A stretch of DNA of 54,411 nucleotides, taken from positions 1 to 54,411 of the forward strand of contig JBCCWZ010000001.1 in the NCBI GenBank assembly GCA_039192615.1, in the 5' to 3' direction. The DNA comes from Bacteroidota bacterium. Its GTDB lineage: Bacteria; Bacteroidota; Bacteroidia; Cytophagales; Amoebophilaceae. The first letter of the stretch is position 1. Every line of letters starts with the position of its first letter. Both the position numbers and the translations under genes were made by a program. The notes below the pieces were generated by a model. The model searched no databases. It saw only the letters and a list, made by a program, of their open reading frames with translations, and was not told where the DNA came from. This document shows positions 39,167 to 48,495 of this stretch, piece after piece.

Positions 39167-40282
39167 CTAATCTACAAATAAATTCGTGGCAATATGATCA
39201 GCCAACAGTTTCCCCTGGCGTGTCAGCACTAAATTGTGCCCTTTCATCACCGCCAGCTGCTGGTCGAGTAGCTGGTCGAGATAAGGACCTTGGACGACTT
39301 CCAGATCATACCCATATGCCTCTTTGAGCCACGCCACATCACAGCCCCATTGAGTACGCAGTCGAGTCATTACATATTCATTGATATGGTCTTGGGGGGT
39401 GAGGACTTCTACGGTGCAAGGGACTACATCCTGCTGCAAACTATCGATATAGCGCTGGTTATGCGCTACGTTGCATTGCCTAGTCGTCCCATTGTAAGAA
39501 TGCGCCCCAGGCCCCAGGCCCAGATAAGGCCCTTGCTTCCAGTAGTTTGTATTGTGCAACGAATAACGACCTGGGAAACTGAAATTAGAAACCTCATAAT
39601 GTTCATATCCCTGTGCCGTCATCGTCTCTACCAGGATTTCAAATTGTCTAGCAGCCACCTCATCAGGCACCCTTTTGAGCTTACCATGTTCCTGCCAATG
39701 CCCAAAGGCCGTGTTCTTTTCGATGGTCAAACAATAAGCCGCTAGGTGCGGAGGCTGCAGCTGCAGTACCATGGCCAAGTCAGCCTTCCATATAGCATCG
39801 TTGGCTTCAGGAATGGCGTACATCAGGTCAATGCTCAGGTTGTCAAAACCCACTTTTTGGGCTAACGCCACACTCGCCACTGCCTGTTGGCTATCATGCA
39901 CCCGGTTGAGATAGCGAAGTACGGGGTCTTGAAAAGATTGCACGCCGATGCTCAGCCGGTTGATGCCCATGGCCCTCCAAGCTTGGAGCTTCGCCAGCGT
40001 TATGTCGTCTGGGTTAGCCTCTAGCGTAACTTCTACAGCATCTTGTAAGGGAAAGTGCGCTAAAAATGTTTGCAGCACTTCAGCCTCTAGGAGCGAAGGA
40101 GTGCCCCCGCCCAAGTAAATGCTCGTTACCGGCAAATGGCCCAGGTAGTCCTGGCGCAGTCGGAATTCTTTTGCAAGGGCCTGAAGCATAAGCCCCTTGA
40201 GGCGGGTGTTCGTACTGAAATGAAAGTCACAGTAATGACACGCTTGTTTGCAAAAAGGAATATGGATGTAGATACCAGCCAT
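39167..40282 (-). CDS. hemW: radical SAM heme chaperone HemW (oxygen-independent coproporphyrinogen oxidase-like)
   Basis: 371 aa: YIHIPFCKQACHYCDF (CxxxCxxC), GGGTPS, and a HemN-C-like C-terminus. Confidence 0.85.
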   Translation of the reverse strand: MAGIYIHIPFCKQACHYCDFHFSTNTRLKGLMLQALAKEFRLRQDYLGHLPVTSIYLGGGTPSLLEAEVLQTFLAHFPLQDAVEVTLEANPDDITLAKLQAWRAMGINRLSIGVQSFQDPVLRYLNRVHDSQQAVASVALAQKVGFDNLSIDLMYAIPEANDAIWKADLAMVLQLQPPHLAAYCLTIEKNTAFGHWQEHGKLKRVPDEVAARQFEILVETMTAQGYEHYEVSNFSFPGRYSLHNTNYWKQGPYLGLGPGAHSYNGTTRQCNVAHNQRYIDSLQQDVVPCTVEVLTPQDHINEYVMTRLRTQWGCDVAWLKEAYGYDLEVVQGPYLDQLLDQQLAVMKGHNLVLTRQGKLLADHIATNLFVD

Positions 40283-40318
40283 CTTCTAGGTGCTTACTGA
40301 AGCACGATAAGGGGCAAG

Positions 40319-40756
40319 CTATTGCGGACTGTTGGTGGAGGACTCTTGGGTGGCTGTAAAGAGTTCGGGGGTGTATTTTACCAAGAGGTTATACCAATGG
40401 AAAAGCTTCTTGATGTTGGAAGTGTACACTTTTTTAGAATCATAATCAGGAACAATGCGCTCCATCAAAGCGCGCAGCTTCTCAGGTGTGTCATACAAGT
40501 CAGCGTTTACCAAGCCTCCAAATTCGGCATACAGCCTCCATAAGATAGTAGCTACAGGCAGTGTCTCTTGCTCCCCTGTTGTGTAGATACCCACATCTTC
40601 CAAGGTAGCCATCTCGTGGTGCTGCGTTTGTTTGACAGACCGCTGCTTGTGTTTATCCAGGCTTTCCACAACCCAGCCATTTCGTGTAGGTTTGATGGCC
40701 TTAAAAAGACCGCTGTGGCCTGCAATAGTTACGATGTCTTTCAAATCAATCGCCAT
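40319..40756 (-). CDS. DUF5606 domain protein
   Basis: 145 aa. The N-terminus LKDIVTIAGHSGLFKAIKPTRNGWVVESL resembles the Bacteroidota DUF5606 family. The call is from memory. Confidence 0.55.
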   Translation of the reverse strand: MAIDLKDIVTIAGHSGLFKAIKPTRNGWVVESLDKHKQRSVKQTQHHEMATLEDVGIYTTGEQETLPVATILWRLYAEFGGLVNADLYDTPEKLRALMERIVPDYDSKKVYTSNIKKLFHWYNLLVKYTPELFTATQESSTNSPQ

Positions 40757-40790
40757 ATGCTTAGAACTTTAGTATGCAAATATAGGGCTT

Positions 40791-41393
40791 TCAGCTACTA
40801 GGCGGGCCAAGCACCTGCTGAATGTAACGCAAAAGTGTCTCACGCCCTGTCCTATCTTTGGAAGAAGTAACCAACATCTCCGGTAGCACCTCCCAGTCCT
40901 GGCGCAGTACACGCTGGAGTGCCTCCTTGTTCTGCAGGACCTGCTGCTTCGATCCCTTGTCGGCCTTAGTAAGCAAGATGACAAAAGGAATTTGGTGCTC
41001 GCCGAGCCAATTGATAAGCGCTATGTCTGACTTTTGAGGATCGTGTCGGGAATCTACCAACACCAAGACCAAGCTGAGTTGCACTCTATGCAGCAAATAA
41101 GCCTTGACCATCTTTTCCCATTGTTGTCTTTGGGTTTGGCTCACACGGGCCCATCCGTAGCCAGGTAAGTCTACCAAGTGCCACGCATCGTTCACCAAAA
41201 AATGATTGATCAGTTGGGTCTTGCCCGGTTTGCTCGATATTTTGGCTAGTTGCTTATTATTCAGCAACATGTTGATCAACGAAGACTTGCCTACATTAGA
41301 CCGACCCATGAGTGCCAATTCTGGCTTGGAAGAGGGAGGGCATTGCGTGTATTTGGCACTGCTGGTGACGAAGGCCGCTGATCTAATTTTCAT
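40791..41393 (-). CDS. engB: ribosome biogenesis GTP-binding protein YsxC/EngB
   Basis: 200 aa: GRSNVGKSSLIN (G1), DLPGYG (G3), TKADK (G4). Confidence 0.9.
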   Translation of the reverse strand: MKIRSAAFVTSSAKYTQCPPSSKPELALMGRSNVGKSSLINMLLNNKQLAKISSKPGKTQLINHFLVNDAWHLVDLPGYGWARVSQTQRQQWEKMVKAYLLHRVQLSLVLVLVDSRHDPQKSDIALINWLGEHQIPFVILLTKADKGSKQQVLQNKEALQRVLRQDWEVLPEMLVTSSKDRTGRETLLRYIQQVLGPPSS

Positions 41394-41404
41394 CGTAGCG
41401 GGTA

Positions 41405-42880
41405 CTATTGCTGGCCCCAGCCTACTGCATAGGAGACTGCTTGGCCGTTTGGATAAAAGCCATCGACCAAAAATGCCTTTTTCTTGCGTTCGAGGATGCC
41501 TTTAAGCTGCGCTGTTTGCTTAACAGGCTCGTTGTCAATGGCCGTCAGGACAAAACCAGGCTTAATACCGGCAGCCTGCCAAGGGCCTTTCTTCAAAGAT
41601 TTGATATGTACCCTGCCTCGCACATCATCTGGGCCTTTAGCAATCTGCTGGAGGTCTTCAAACGTAGCACCTGCGATTTCATTCTCGCTTTCTTGGCGCT
41701 CTAGAACGACAGTAACAGTTTTTTCTTTGGCTTTGCGGTAAAAGGTGATGCTGAGTTTGTCAAGAGGCTTGTACCGGGCTACTTGCTCTTGTAGCGCTGA
41801 GGCGCTTTTGACTTTGTTACCATTGATGGCCACAATCACGTCGCCTGCCTTTAGCCCAGCTTTTGCAGCAGCGCTTGCTTTGGTAAGCTCTTTTATATAT
41901 ACCCCACTAAGCTGCTTCAACCCTTTCTCTTTGGCTAGGTCAGCGTTTACATCTTGGATATAAACACCGAGCATACCGCGCTGTACCGTTCCATACTTCT
42001 TGAGGTCATCAGTGATCTTCTTGACTAAGGAGGAGGGGATGGCAAAAGCATACCCCGCGAAAGTACCTGTAGGCGCAGAAATGGCCGTGTTGATACCTAC
42101 TAGTTCTCCCTGTAGGTTGACCAGGGCCCCGCCACTATTGCCACTGTTCACAGCCGCATCTGTCTGTATAAAGGATTCAATCCCCACACCGTTGTTTTGC
42201 AGGTTAATATTGCGGCCTTTGGCACTCACAATACCTTTGGTGACAGTAGAAGTCAGGTTGAAAGGATTGCCTACTGCTAGCACCCACTCGCCCACCTGTA
42301 GCGCATCAGAGTTGCCAAAAAGCAAATAAGGCAATCCCTTTTCCTTGATCTTCAATAGCGCCAGGTCTGTATTGGGGTCTTGGCCAATGAGCTTGGCCGT
42401 ATAGCGGCGATTGTCATCTAAAGTCACCTCTATTTGGTCTGCACCGTCTATGACATGGTTATTAGTTACTACATAGCCATCTGCCCCAATGATCACCCCG
42501 GAGCCTGCAGTTTGCTGGGGGTTATTTTTTTGTTCCCGAGGGCCAATAGAAAAATCCTGGCCAAAAAACTCCTTCAATAACTCATCAAGGGGTATTTTTC
42601 CTCGCTGTATCTGCGCCCCCTTGGTCTCGTATGTAGCCTTGATGTGTACTACCGCAGGCGTGGCCATTTGAGCCGCATGCACCAAATTGGGAGTTGCTGC
42701 TTCATTAGCGTTAGCCAGGGTCGCTAAATGAACGGGTTGCTGTACCTGGGCCGATTCATAGACGATTGTATCGGGCTTGGAGGCGAAAAAGGAATGATAG
42801 CTCCCTAAGGCTATGCCGCCTCCTAGGAGCGTTGCTGTAATAACACTAACAAAAAATCTTTTTTGGCTTATCATAATCAT
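41405..42880 (-). CDS. htrA: Do/HtrA-family periplasmic serine endopeptidase (S1C) with two PDZ domains
   Basis: 491 aa with a signal/TM. The catalytic triad lies in TNNHVI, DLALLKI and GNSGGALV, followed by two PDZ-like segments. Confidence 0.9.
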   Translation of the reverse strand: MIMISQKRFFVSVITATLLGGGIALGSYHSFFASKPDTIVYESAQVQQPVHLATLANANEAATPNLVHAAQMATPAVVHIKATYETKGAQIQRGKIPLDELLKEFFGQDFSIGPREQKNNPQQTAGSGVIIGADGYVVTNNHVIDGADQIEVTLDDNRRYTAKLIGQDPNTDLALLKIKEKGLPYLLFGNSDALQVGEWVLAVGNPFNLTSTVTKGIVSAKGRNINLQNNGVGIESFIQTDAAVNSGNSGGALVNLQGELVGINTAISAPTGTFAGYAFAIPSSLVKKITDDLKKYGTVQRGMLGVYIQDVNADLAKEKGLKQLSGVYIKELTKASAAAKAGLKAGDVIVAINGNKVKSASALQEQVARYKPLDKLSITFYRKAKEKTVTVVLERQESENEIAGATFEDLQQIAKGPDDVRGRVHIKSLKKGPWQAAGIKPGFVLTAIDNEPVKQTAQLKGILERKKKAFLVDGFYPNGQAVSYAVGWGQQ

Positions 42881-43106
42881 GCGATGCTAAATTATGGGAG
42901 CCCAATATAATTATTATCGTTGGGCATTTAAAAATAGAGGCCGTAAAGCGTACAAAGCAGTAGCATTGCTTACCAGGGCGCATTAGGTGCCTAGTAGTTC
43001 CTGCTTACAAGCCGATTGAGAAGTATGGCCTGTATCGGGGAGCGTTTTATGGCTAGCTGCCTCTACACTGACTTATTCCGTTGACAGTTTCTGTAGCTCG
43101 TAAGAA

Positions 43107-43949
43107 TCAACGGTCGTTAAAATCAGGTATATGTTCTTGTATAAACTTTTTCACGGTGTGGGCAGGGATGGCATCGGAATAAATGCCATATTTGGTAAAA
43201 CTTACTCCCCTATTAATGGCCATTAATTTTTTCTTATCATTTACTACCGCTCCCCCGCTAGCCCCTGGACAGTTTGAATAAGTACAATGAATGAGATTCT
43301 GTGACCCTCGGGTGACTGTATAACCCTTGTAATAGCCTACACTGCCGCTGTACTTGGTTGAAGGGTATCCTATCATAAAAAGGCGGCCATCATCCGTTAG
43401 TGTACTGGAATTGCCAAACTCGAGATAGGGAAGGCCATCCTTTACTTCTTGAAGCTTAAGTAGTGCAAGGTCTTTCTGGACATCTCGTTTTTTTAACTCA
43501 GCAGTATAAACAGTACCCTCATCCTCTGTACATGCTACTGTAGCTGATCGATAGTTGAGAGGAATACAATGACTATTGGTAATAATATACCCGTCCCTAC
43601 TTATAATAACCCCCGATCCTAGTGAAGTTATCAACCTATCACCTATTGATTCACCTATTACTATAGATAGGATTTTTACTACAGCGGGCTTTACATCCTG
43701 TAAGATTTTGGATAGTTCCTCATCTATGTCAAGAGACATATCTCCTTTTAGTGTTGTATCATGTTCTGTTGAGAGATCCTTTTTGACTTTGAAGTAGGTT
43801 ATGAATTCCTGATTCTGTTGTTTGAGAACCTCAACCTGCTTTCCGAGTTTTTCTGATGCTACTGACGATGCAGATGGAGTATGACAACTTGCTACCACTA
43901 AGGCGCTTGCCACTATCATAGGTGCCCAGCCGTGTCTCTGATATTTCAT
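43107..43949 (-). CDS. trypsin-like (S1) serine protease lipoprotein, no PDZ (paralogue A)
   Basis: 280 aa with lipobox VVASC at the N-terminus. The triad lies in ITNSHCI, DLALLKL and PGASGGAVV. Confidence 0.75.
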   Translation of the reverse strand: MKYQRHGWAPMIVASALVVASCHTPSASSVASEKLGKQVEVLKQQNQEFITYFKVKKDLSTEHDTTLKGDMSLDIDEELSKILQDVKPAVVKILSIVIGESIGDRLITSLGSGVIISRDGYIITNSHCIPLNYRSATVACTEDEGTVYTAELKKRDVQKDLALLKLQEVKDGLPYLEFGNSSTLTDDGRLFMIGYPSTKYSGSVGYYKGYTVTRGSQNLIHCTYSNCPGASGGAVVNDKKKLMAINRGVSFTKYGIYSDAIPAHTVKKFIQEHIPDFNDR

Positions 43950-44176
43950 TGATCAGTATATTTTGTAAATAAACATTGCAAACTTACCAGATAACTACCC
44001 TAAATGCTATTACCGTACCATGCGTTTATTATAAGCTGTTGGTCTGGGAGCCCTCTACTATTTTACACTGGTGATCTATAGTTTGGGGATTTACCACCTT
44101 CAATGGTTCTTACCCATAGGTGAGGAGCATCGGAAAGTTCGACAGGTGGAGAGAGCTGCTTAAGGCGAGCTAATGC

Positions 44177-45076
44177 CTATTCAGGAAGCTGCGGTATATG
44201 CTTTTGTATAAACTTTTTCACGGTGTGGGCAGGAATGGCTACGGAATAAAGCCCCATTTCGTACCCACTAATTCCCTTGTTAATAGCCACTAGTCGAGGA
44301 TGCTTGCCAGTTACTACTGCTCCCCCACTATTTCCTGGAAAGTTGATATAAGTAAAATAGAGGAAATTGCTATTCAACGGAGATGTTTTAGGGGTGCTCC
44401 CACCGTAGCAATAGCCTGCACTACTCGTGTAAGTGCCTGAGACTCTTCCTACCATCACCATAAGTTGCTTATCATACGATATCATATCTGAGTCGACAAA
44501 CTCGAGATAGGGAAGCTTATTTTGTTGTACCTCTTGAAGCTTGAGTAGCGCAAGGTCTAGCTCTTTATTTCGCCTGACTAGCTTAGCTTTATACTCACGC
44601 CCGACTATCGTATCCTCATATACGGTGACTACTATAGCTGGGTTATATTTGTCAGGAAAAATACAATGACTATTAGTAATAATATACCCATCCTTACTAA
44701 TAAGAACCCCTGATCCTTGTCCACTATATGTAGAGGAGCTTCCCTCTGGATTTATTTTACATTGAATTTCTACTACAGCGGGTTGTGTTTTTAATACAGA
44801 GCCGCGCACTTCCTGCTCTTGAATTACCTTCTTCGTTTCCCACGCACATAGCTGCTTTCCTTCTTCGCATAGCTTATCAGATGCAGATAATTCTGCCATG
44901 ATCCCAGAAACAGGTTCCTGTGATATCTTTAGTGATATCTTTAGTACCCCCGGAGTATCTCGATACTCATTCTCTTTTTTGCTTTCCTCTGGCGATGGGA
45001 ATTAGTTCTGACAACTCGCCAGTGTTAAGACACCTGCCCCTATCATGGGCATCCATAGCCATCTTTTACGTTTCAT
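44177..45076 (-). pseudogene. trypsin-like (S1) serine protease lipoprotein (paralogue B) interrupted by one in-frame TAA after the signal peptide
   Basis: A 300-codon frame. ATG 45076 gives MKRKRWLWMPMIGAGVLTLASCQN, then TAA (45002-45004), then in the same frame FPSPEESKKENEYRDTPGVLKISLKISQEPVSGIMAELS.. into the track ORF 44177-44899. The triad lies in ITNSHCI, DLALLKL and PGNSGGAVV. Hand translated. Confidence 0.7.
44921..44944. repeat. perfect 2 x 12-bp tandem duplication (tgatatctttag) inside paralogue B
   Basis: 44921-44932 and 44933-44944 are identical. In frame on the minus strand they encode LKIS-LKIS. Confidence 0.9.
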
Positions 45077-45200
45077 TATCGATATGCTTTGTACACAAAA
45101 TTACCTGGCTACTATTACCGCTCCAAGTGCTTATTGGAGGTCATGAGTCTAAGGATATTCCCCTCCTGTTTTGCAGCTGCAATCTGTTACCTTTGTGCCT

Positions 45201-46688
45201 ATGCAAGGCCAACTCCAACTCTACAACACCCTCATCCGCCAGCAAGAACCTTTTGTGCCGCTCCATCCCCCTCGCGTGGGGATGTATGTGTGTGGCCCTA
45301 CGGTCTATGGCCATGCACACTTAGGGCATGCACGCAGCGCGATCAACTTTGATGTGCTATTCCGGTACTTGAAGCACCTAGGCTATCAGGTGCGATATGT
45401 CAGAAACATCACGGATGTGGGGCACTTGGAAAGGGATGTGGATGAGGGGGCAGATAAGATTGGGCAACAGGCCACGCTGGAGGAGTTGGCACCGATGGAG
45501 GTGGTGCAGCGCTACACCAATAGCTACCGCCACGATATGGCGTTGTTGAATGTACAGTCGCCTAGCATTGAGCCCCAGGCCAGTGGCCATATCACCGAAC
45601 AGATTGCCATGATCCAGCAGATCATAGACGCTGGTCTGGCCTATGAGACTCAAGGGTCGGTGTATTTTGATGTCTTGGCTTACAACAAATCCCATAACTA
45701 TGGCCAGCTCTCGGGCAGGGTGCTAGAAGACTTGTTGGCAGGAACACGAGTGCTAACAGGGCAGCAAGAAAAACGGAACTCAGTAGATTTTGCGTTGTGG
45801 AAAAAGGCAACTCCTTCCCACCTGATGCGTTGGCCTTCGCCCTGGGGCGAAGGCTTCCCAGGCTGGCACACCGAGTGCGCGGCCATTGCCACGAAGTATC
45901 TGGGGCCCCAGTTTGACATCCACGGTGGAGGGATGGACTTGCTCTTTCCGCACCATGAGTGTGAATTGGCGCAAGTCCAGGCGGCCTGCCAAACCTCCCT
46001 GGCGCGTTATTGGCTTCATCATAACCTGATTACCATCAATGGCCAAAAAATGGGGAAGTCATTAGGTAACTTCATCACCCTAGAGCAGCTTTTCCAGGGT
46101 ACCCACCCGCTGCTCGACCAGGCGTATAGCCCTATGACTTTGCGCTTTTTCGTGTTGCAGGCGCATTACCGCAGTACCCTGGGCTTTTCTAACGAGGCTT
46201 TGCAGGCAGCTCACCAGGGGTATCGCAAGCTGATCAATGGCCTGCCGATACTCCAGAAGTTAACTGCTCTGCCAGATAGCAACGCAGGTGCCAGTCCTGA
46301 GGTAGTATCACAAGTGGAGCAAGACTGCGATCGTTGCTACGAAGCCATGAATGATGACTTGAATACGGCACAGGTGCTGGCTGCATTATTCAGTTTGCTC
46401 AAGACGATCCATACCTTGCGCAATGGCCAGTTAGCCCCGAATGACCTTGGTAAGACCACTTTTGAGCGCTTGAGAACTACTTATGTCACCTTTGTGCAAG
46501 ACATCCTAGGATTGCGAGAAGAAGCCCAAGTCGATGCGTCAGCACTACTCAATGTGCTACTAGGACTTTATGGCCAGGCTAAGGCTAATAAACAATATGA
46601 CCAGGTGGATGCCATTCGTGCTCAACTCAAGGCACTAGGCGTAGTCTTGCAGGATACGCCTAAAGGACTAACGTGGCGCTATGAATAA
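45201..46688 (+). CDS. cysS: cysteine--tRNA ligase
   Basis: HIGH motif (HLGHAR) and KMSKS motif (KMGKS). The N-terminus [14 protein letters not shown] is typical. I prefer the ATG at 45201. Confidence 0.9.
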   Translation: MQGQLQLYNTLIRQQEPFVPLHPPRVGMYVCGPTVYGHAHLGHARSAINFDVLFRYLKHLGYQVRYVRNITDVGHLERDVDEGADKIGQQATLEELAPMEVVQRYTNSYRHDMALLNVQSPSIEPQASGHITEQIAMIQQIIDAGLAYETQGSVYFDVLAYNKSHNYGQLSGRVLEDLLAGTRVLTGQQEKRNSVDFALWKKATPSHLMRWPSPWGEGFPGWHTECAAIATKYLGPQFDIHGGGMDLLFPHHECELAQVQAACQTSLARYWLHHNLITINGQKMGKSLGNFITLEQLFQGTHPLLDQAYSPMTLRFFVLQAHYRSTLGFSNEALQAAHQGYRKLINGLPILQKLTALPDSNAGASPEVVSQVEQDCDRCYEAMNDDLNTAQVLAALFSLLKTIHTLRNGQLAPNDLGKTTFERLRTTYVTFVQDILGLREEAQVDASALLNVLLGLYGQAKANKQYDQVDAIRAQLKALGVVLQDTPKGLTWRYE

Positions 46689-46742
46689 AAAAGGACGAGC
46701 TAGTCCTACAAATGCCCGCTAATAATCTAGAGTCTCGTGCTA

Positions 46743-47396
46743 TCAGCCTGCTGCCTGTTGCGCAAAGTAGTAGCAAAAGGAAGTCAGAGGACAAACTTCA
46801 CATTTAGGTTTGCGCGCCAGGCATATATACCGCCCATGCAAAATCAGCCAATGGTGGGCCTTGCTGATGTACTCCTCGGGGATATGCTTCACCAACTGCT
46901 GCTCCACGGCCAGGGGCGTTTTAGCGCTTTCGTCTACTAAGCCAAGCCGCTTCGAGACACGAAATACGTGGGTATCTACAGCCATTCTGGGCTGGTTATG
47001 CAAAACCGACGCGACCACATTAGCGGTCTTTCTGCCTACACCGGGCAGCTTTTGTAGGTCTTCTACCTGCTCAGGAATATCGCCATCAAAGTCATCTACC
47101 AGCATTTGGGCCATCCTGAGTAAATGCTTAGTCTTGTTGTTAGGGTAAGAGATACTCTTGATGTAAGGGAAAACTTCTTCAAAGCTGCTATGCGCCAGGT
47201 GCATAGGGGTAGGGAAAGCAGCAAATAAAGCAGGCGTCGCCATGTTGACCCGCTTGTCGGTACACTGGGCGCTCAGAATAACCGCTACTAACAACTGAAA
47301 CGGATCATCATACAAAAGCTCCGTAGTAGGGTCAGGCTGATGCTGCGTAAAATAGTCGATAAAAGCCTGGTATCGTTTCTTTTTAGTCATAGACAT
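46743..47396 (-). CDS. nth: endonuclease III
   Basis: 217 aa: HhH LPGVGRKTANVV, catalytic-region CTDKRVN, and the C-terminal 4Fe-4S ligands CLARKPKCEVCPLTSFC. Confidence 0.9.
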   Translation of the reverse strand: MSMTKKKRYQAFIDYFTQHQPDPTTELLYDDPFQLLVAVILSAQCTDKRVNMATPALFAAFPTPMHLAHSSFEEVFPYIKSISYPNNKTKHLLRMAQMLVDDFDGDIPEQVEDLQKLPGVGRKTANVVASVLHNQPRMAVDTHVFRVSKRLGLVDESAKTPLAVEQQLVKHIPEEYISKAHHWLILHGRYICLARKPKCEVCPLTSFCYYFAQQAAG

Positions 47397-47485
47397 CCTA
47401 TTTCCCCTAAAATAGCAATATTCTACCTTGCTCTAATTTCCATTAACACAAGCATGCCACCCTATAAGTTGTACTCTATTTTTGC

Positions 47486-47516
47486 TTGGTTGCAATAGAG
47501 TATTTCCCTAGATTTG
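47486..47516 (+). promoter_or_regulatory. candidate Bacteroidota sigma-A promoter for rpsL-rpsG-fusA-rpsJ
   Basis: TAGATTTG (TAnnTTTG) lies at 47509-47516, with TTG at 47486-47488 (20-nt spacer), 48 nt upstream of the rpsL ATG. This is a motif match only. Confidence 0.35.
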
Positions 47517-47564
47517 CGGTCTTGAACAAGAAGATTAGCGCTAACAAATTCAAATTATAACCCC

Positions 47565-47939
47565 ATGCTAACCATCCAACAGTTAGTCAGAAAAGGCAGA
47601 AAGAAGCTCACCAGCAAATCCAAGTCCCCTGCCCTAAAAAACTGTCCGCAGCGCAAAGGCGTCTGCACAAAAGTTTACACTGCCACACCCCGAAAACCGA
47701 ACTCAGCGATGAGGAAACTAGCCCGGGTAAGACTGACCAGTGGCAAAGAGGTATTGGCCTATATTCCTGGAGAAGGCCATAACCTGCAAGAACACTCAAT
47801 GGTCTTGGTCAGAGGGGGAGGCCCCAAAGACTTGGCCGGTGTGAAATACACCATCATACGAGGTACGCTTGATACAGCCGGCGTAGAAGGAAGAAAACAA
47901 GGACGATCCATCTACGGTGCCAAAGTGCCTAAAAAATAA
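47565..47939 (+). CDS. rpsL: 30S ribosomal protein S12 (atypical sequence in the conserved loops)
   Basis: 124 aa, collinear with bacterial S12 and first gene of rpsL-rpsG-fusA. It reads TPRKPNSA and [18 protein letters not shown] instead of the usual TPKKPNSA and RGGRVKDLPGVRYH.VRG. Confidence 0.9.
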   Translation: MLTIQQLVRKGRKKLTSKSKSPALKNCPQRKGVCTKVYTATPRKPNSAMRKLARVRLTSGKEVLAYIPGEGHNLQEHSMVLVRGGGPKDLAGVKYTIIRGTLDTAGVEGRKQGRSIYGAKVPKK

Positions 47940-48025
47940 TGTATAGATGAAGCGTAACTTATGATTAAGCTCTCCGAAAACGCAAAGCGCTTAATCAACC
48001 TGACAACCAATCACTCAATCAGCCA

Positions 48026-48493
48026 ATGAGAAAAGGACAAGCCAAAAAAAGACCCCTCTTACCGGATCCTAAGTATAAAGACCAACTAGTAACTAGGTTC
48101 GTCAATTCCTTGATGAAAGATGGAAAAAAGAGCCTCGCTTATGCTTTGTTTTATGACGCTATCGATCAAATTGCTGCAAAAACAGAGGAAGCAGGGCTTG
48201 AGGTATGGAAAAAAGCATTGAACAATGTAATTCCGGCCATTGAAGTCAAAAGAAGACGCGTAGGCGGTGCTACCTTTCAAGTGCCAGTGGAAGTCAGATC
48301 AGATCGAAAGGTTGCCTTAGGTATCAAATGGCTCATCACAGCGGCCAGAAATCGAGGCGAAAAGACCATGACCGAAAGATTGGTCAATGAGACGATAGCA
48401 GCTTCTAAGGGAGAAGGCAATGCAGTAAAGAAGAAGAATGACACCCACAAGATGGCTGAATCCAACAGAGCATTTTCACATTTCAGAATTTAG
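48026..48493 (+). CDS. rpsG: 30S ribosomal protein S7
   Basis: 155 aa: [45 protein letters not shown]. Confidence 0.95.
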   Translation: MRKGQAKKRPLLPDPKYKDQLVTRFVNSLMKDGKKSLAYALFYDAIDQIAAKTEEAGLEVWKKALNNVIPAIEVKRRRVGGATFQVPVEVRSDRKVALGIKWLITAARNRGEKTMTERLVNETIAASKGEGNAVKKKNDTHKMAESNRAFSHFRI

Positions 48494-48495
48494 CC

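Noticed and set aside
45002-45004. Whether the in-frame TAA codons (here and at 51425-51427) indicate stop-codon reassignment or programmed readthrough.
   Set aside because: TAA is used as the genuine terminator of well-conserved genes in the same window (mraY, mreD, nusA, rpsL, pheT). The two contexts share no motif, and the mnmC/mnmD-like gene also has a frameshift. Mutation or sequencing error is the simpler explanation.
44920-45324. 134-aa plus-strand ORF between protease B and cysS.
   Set aside because: It overlaps the minus-strand signal-peptide region of protease B and the cysS 5' end, and it has no recognisable motif. The minus-strand reading explains the DNA better.
47940-48025. 8-bp inverted repeat gattaagc/gcttaatc between rpsL and rpsG, considered as an attenuator.
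   Set aside because: The stem is short and AT-rich with no T-run, and the two genes are expected to be co-transcribed. The evidence is insufficient.
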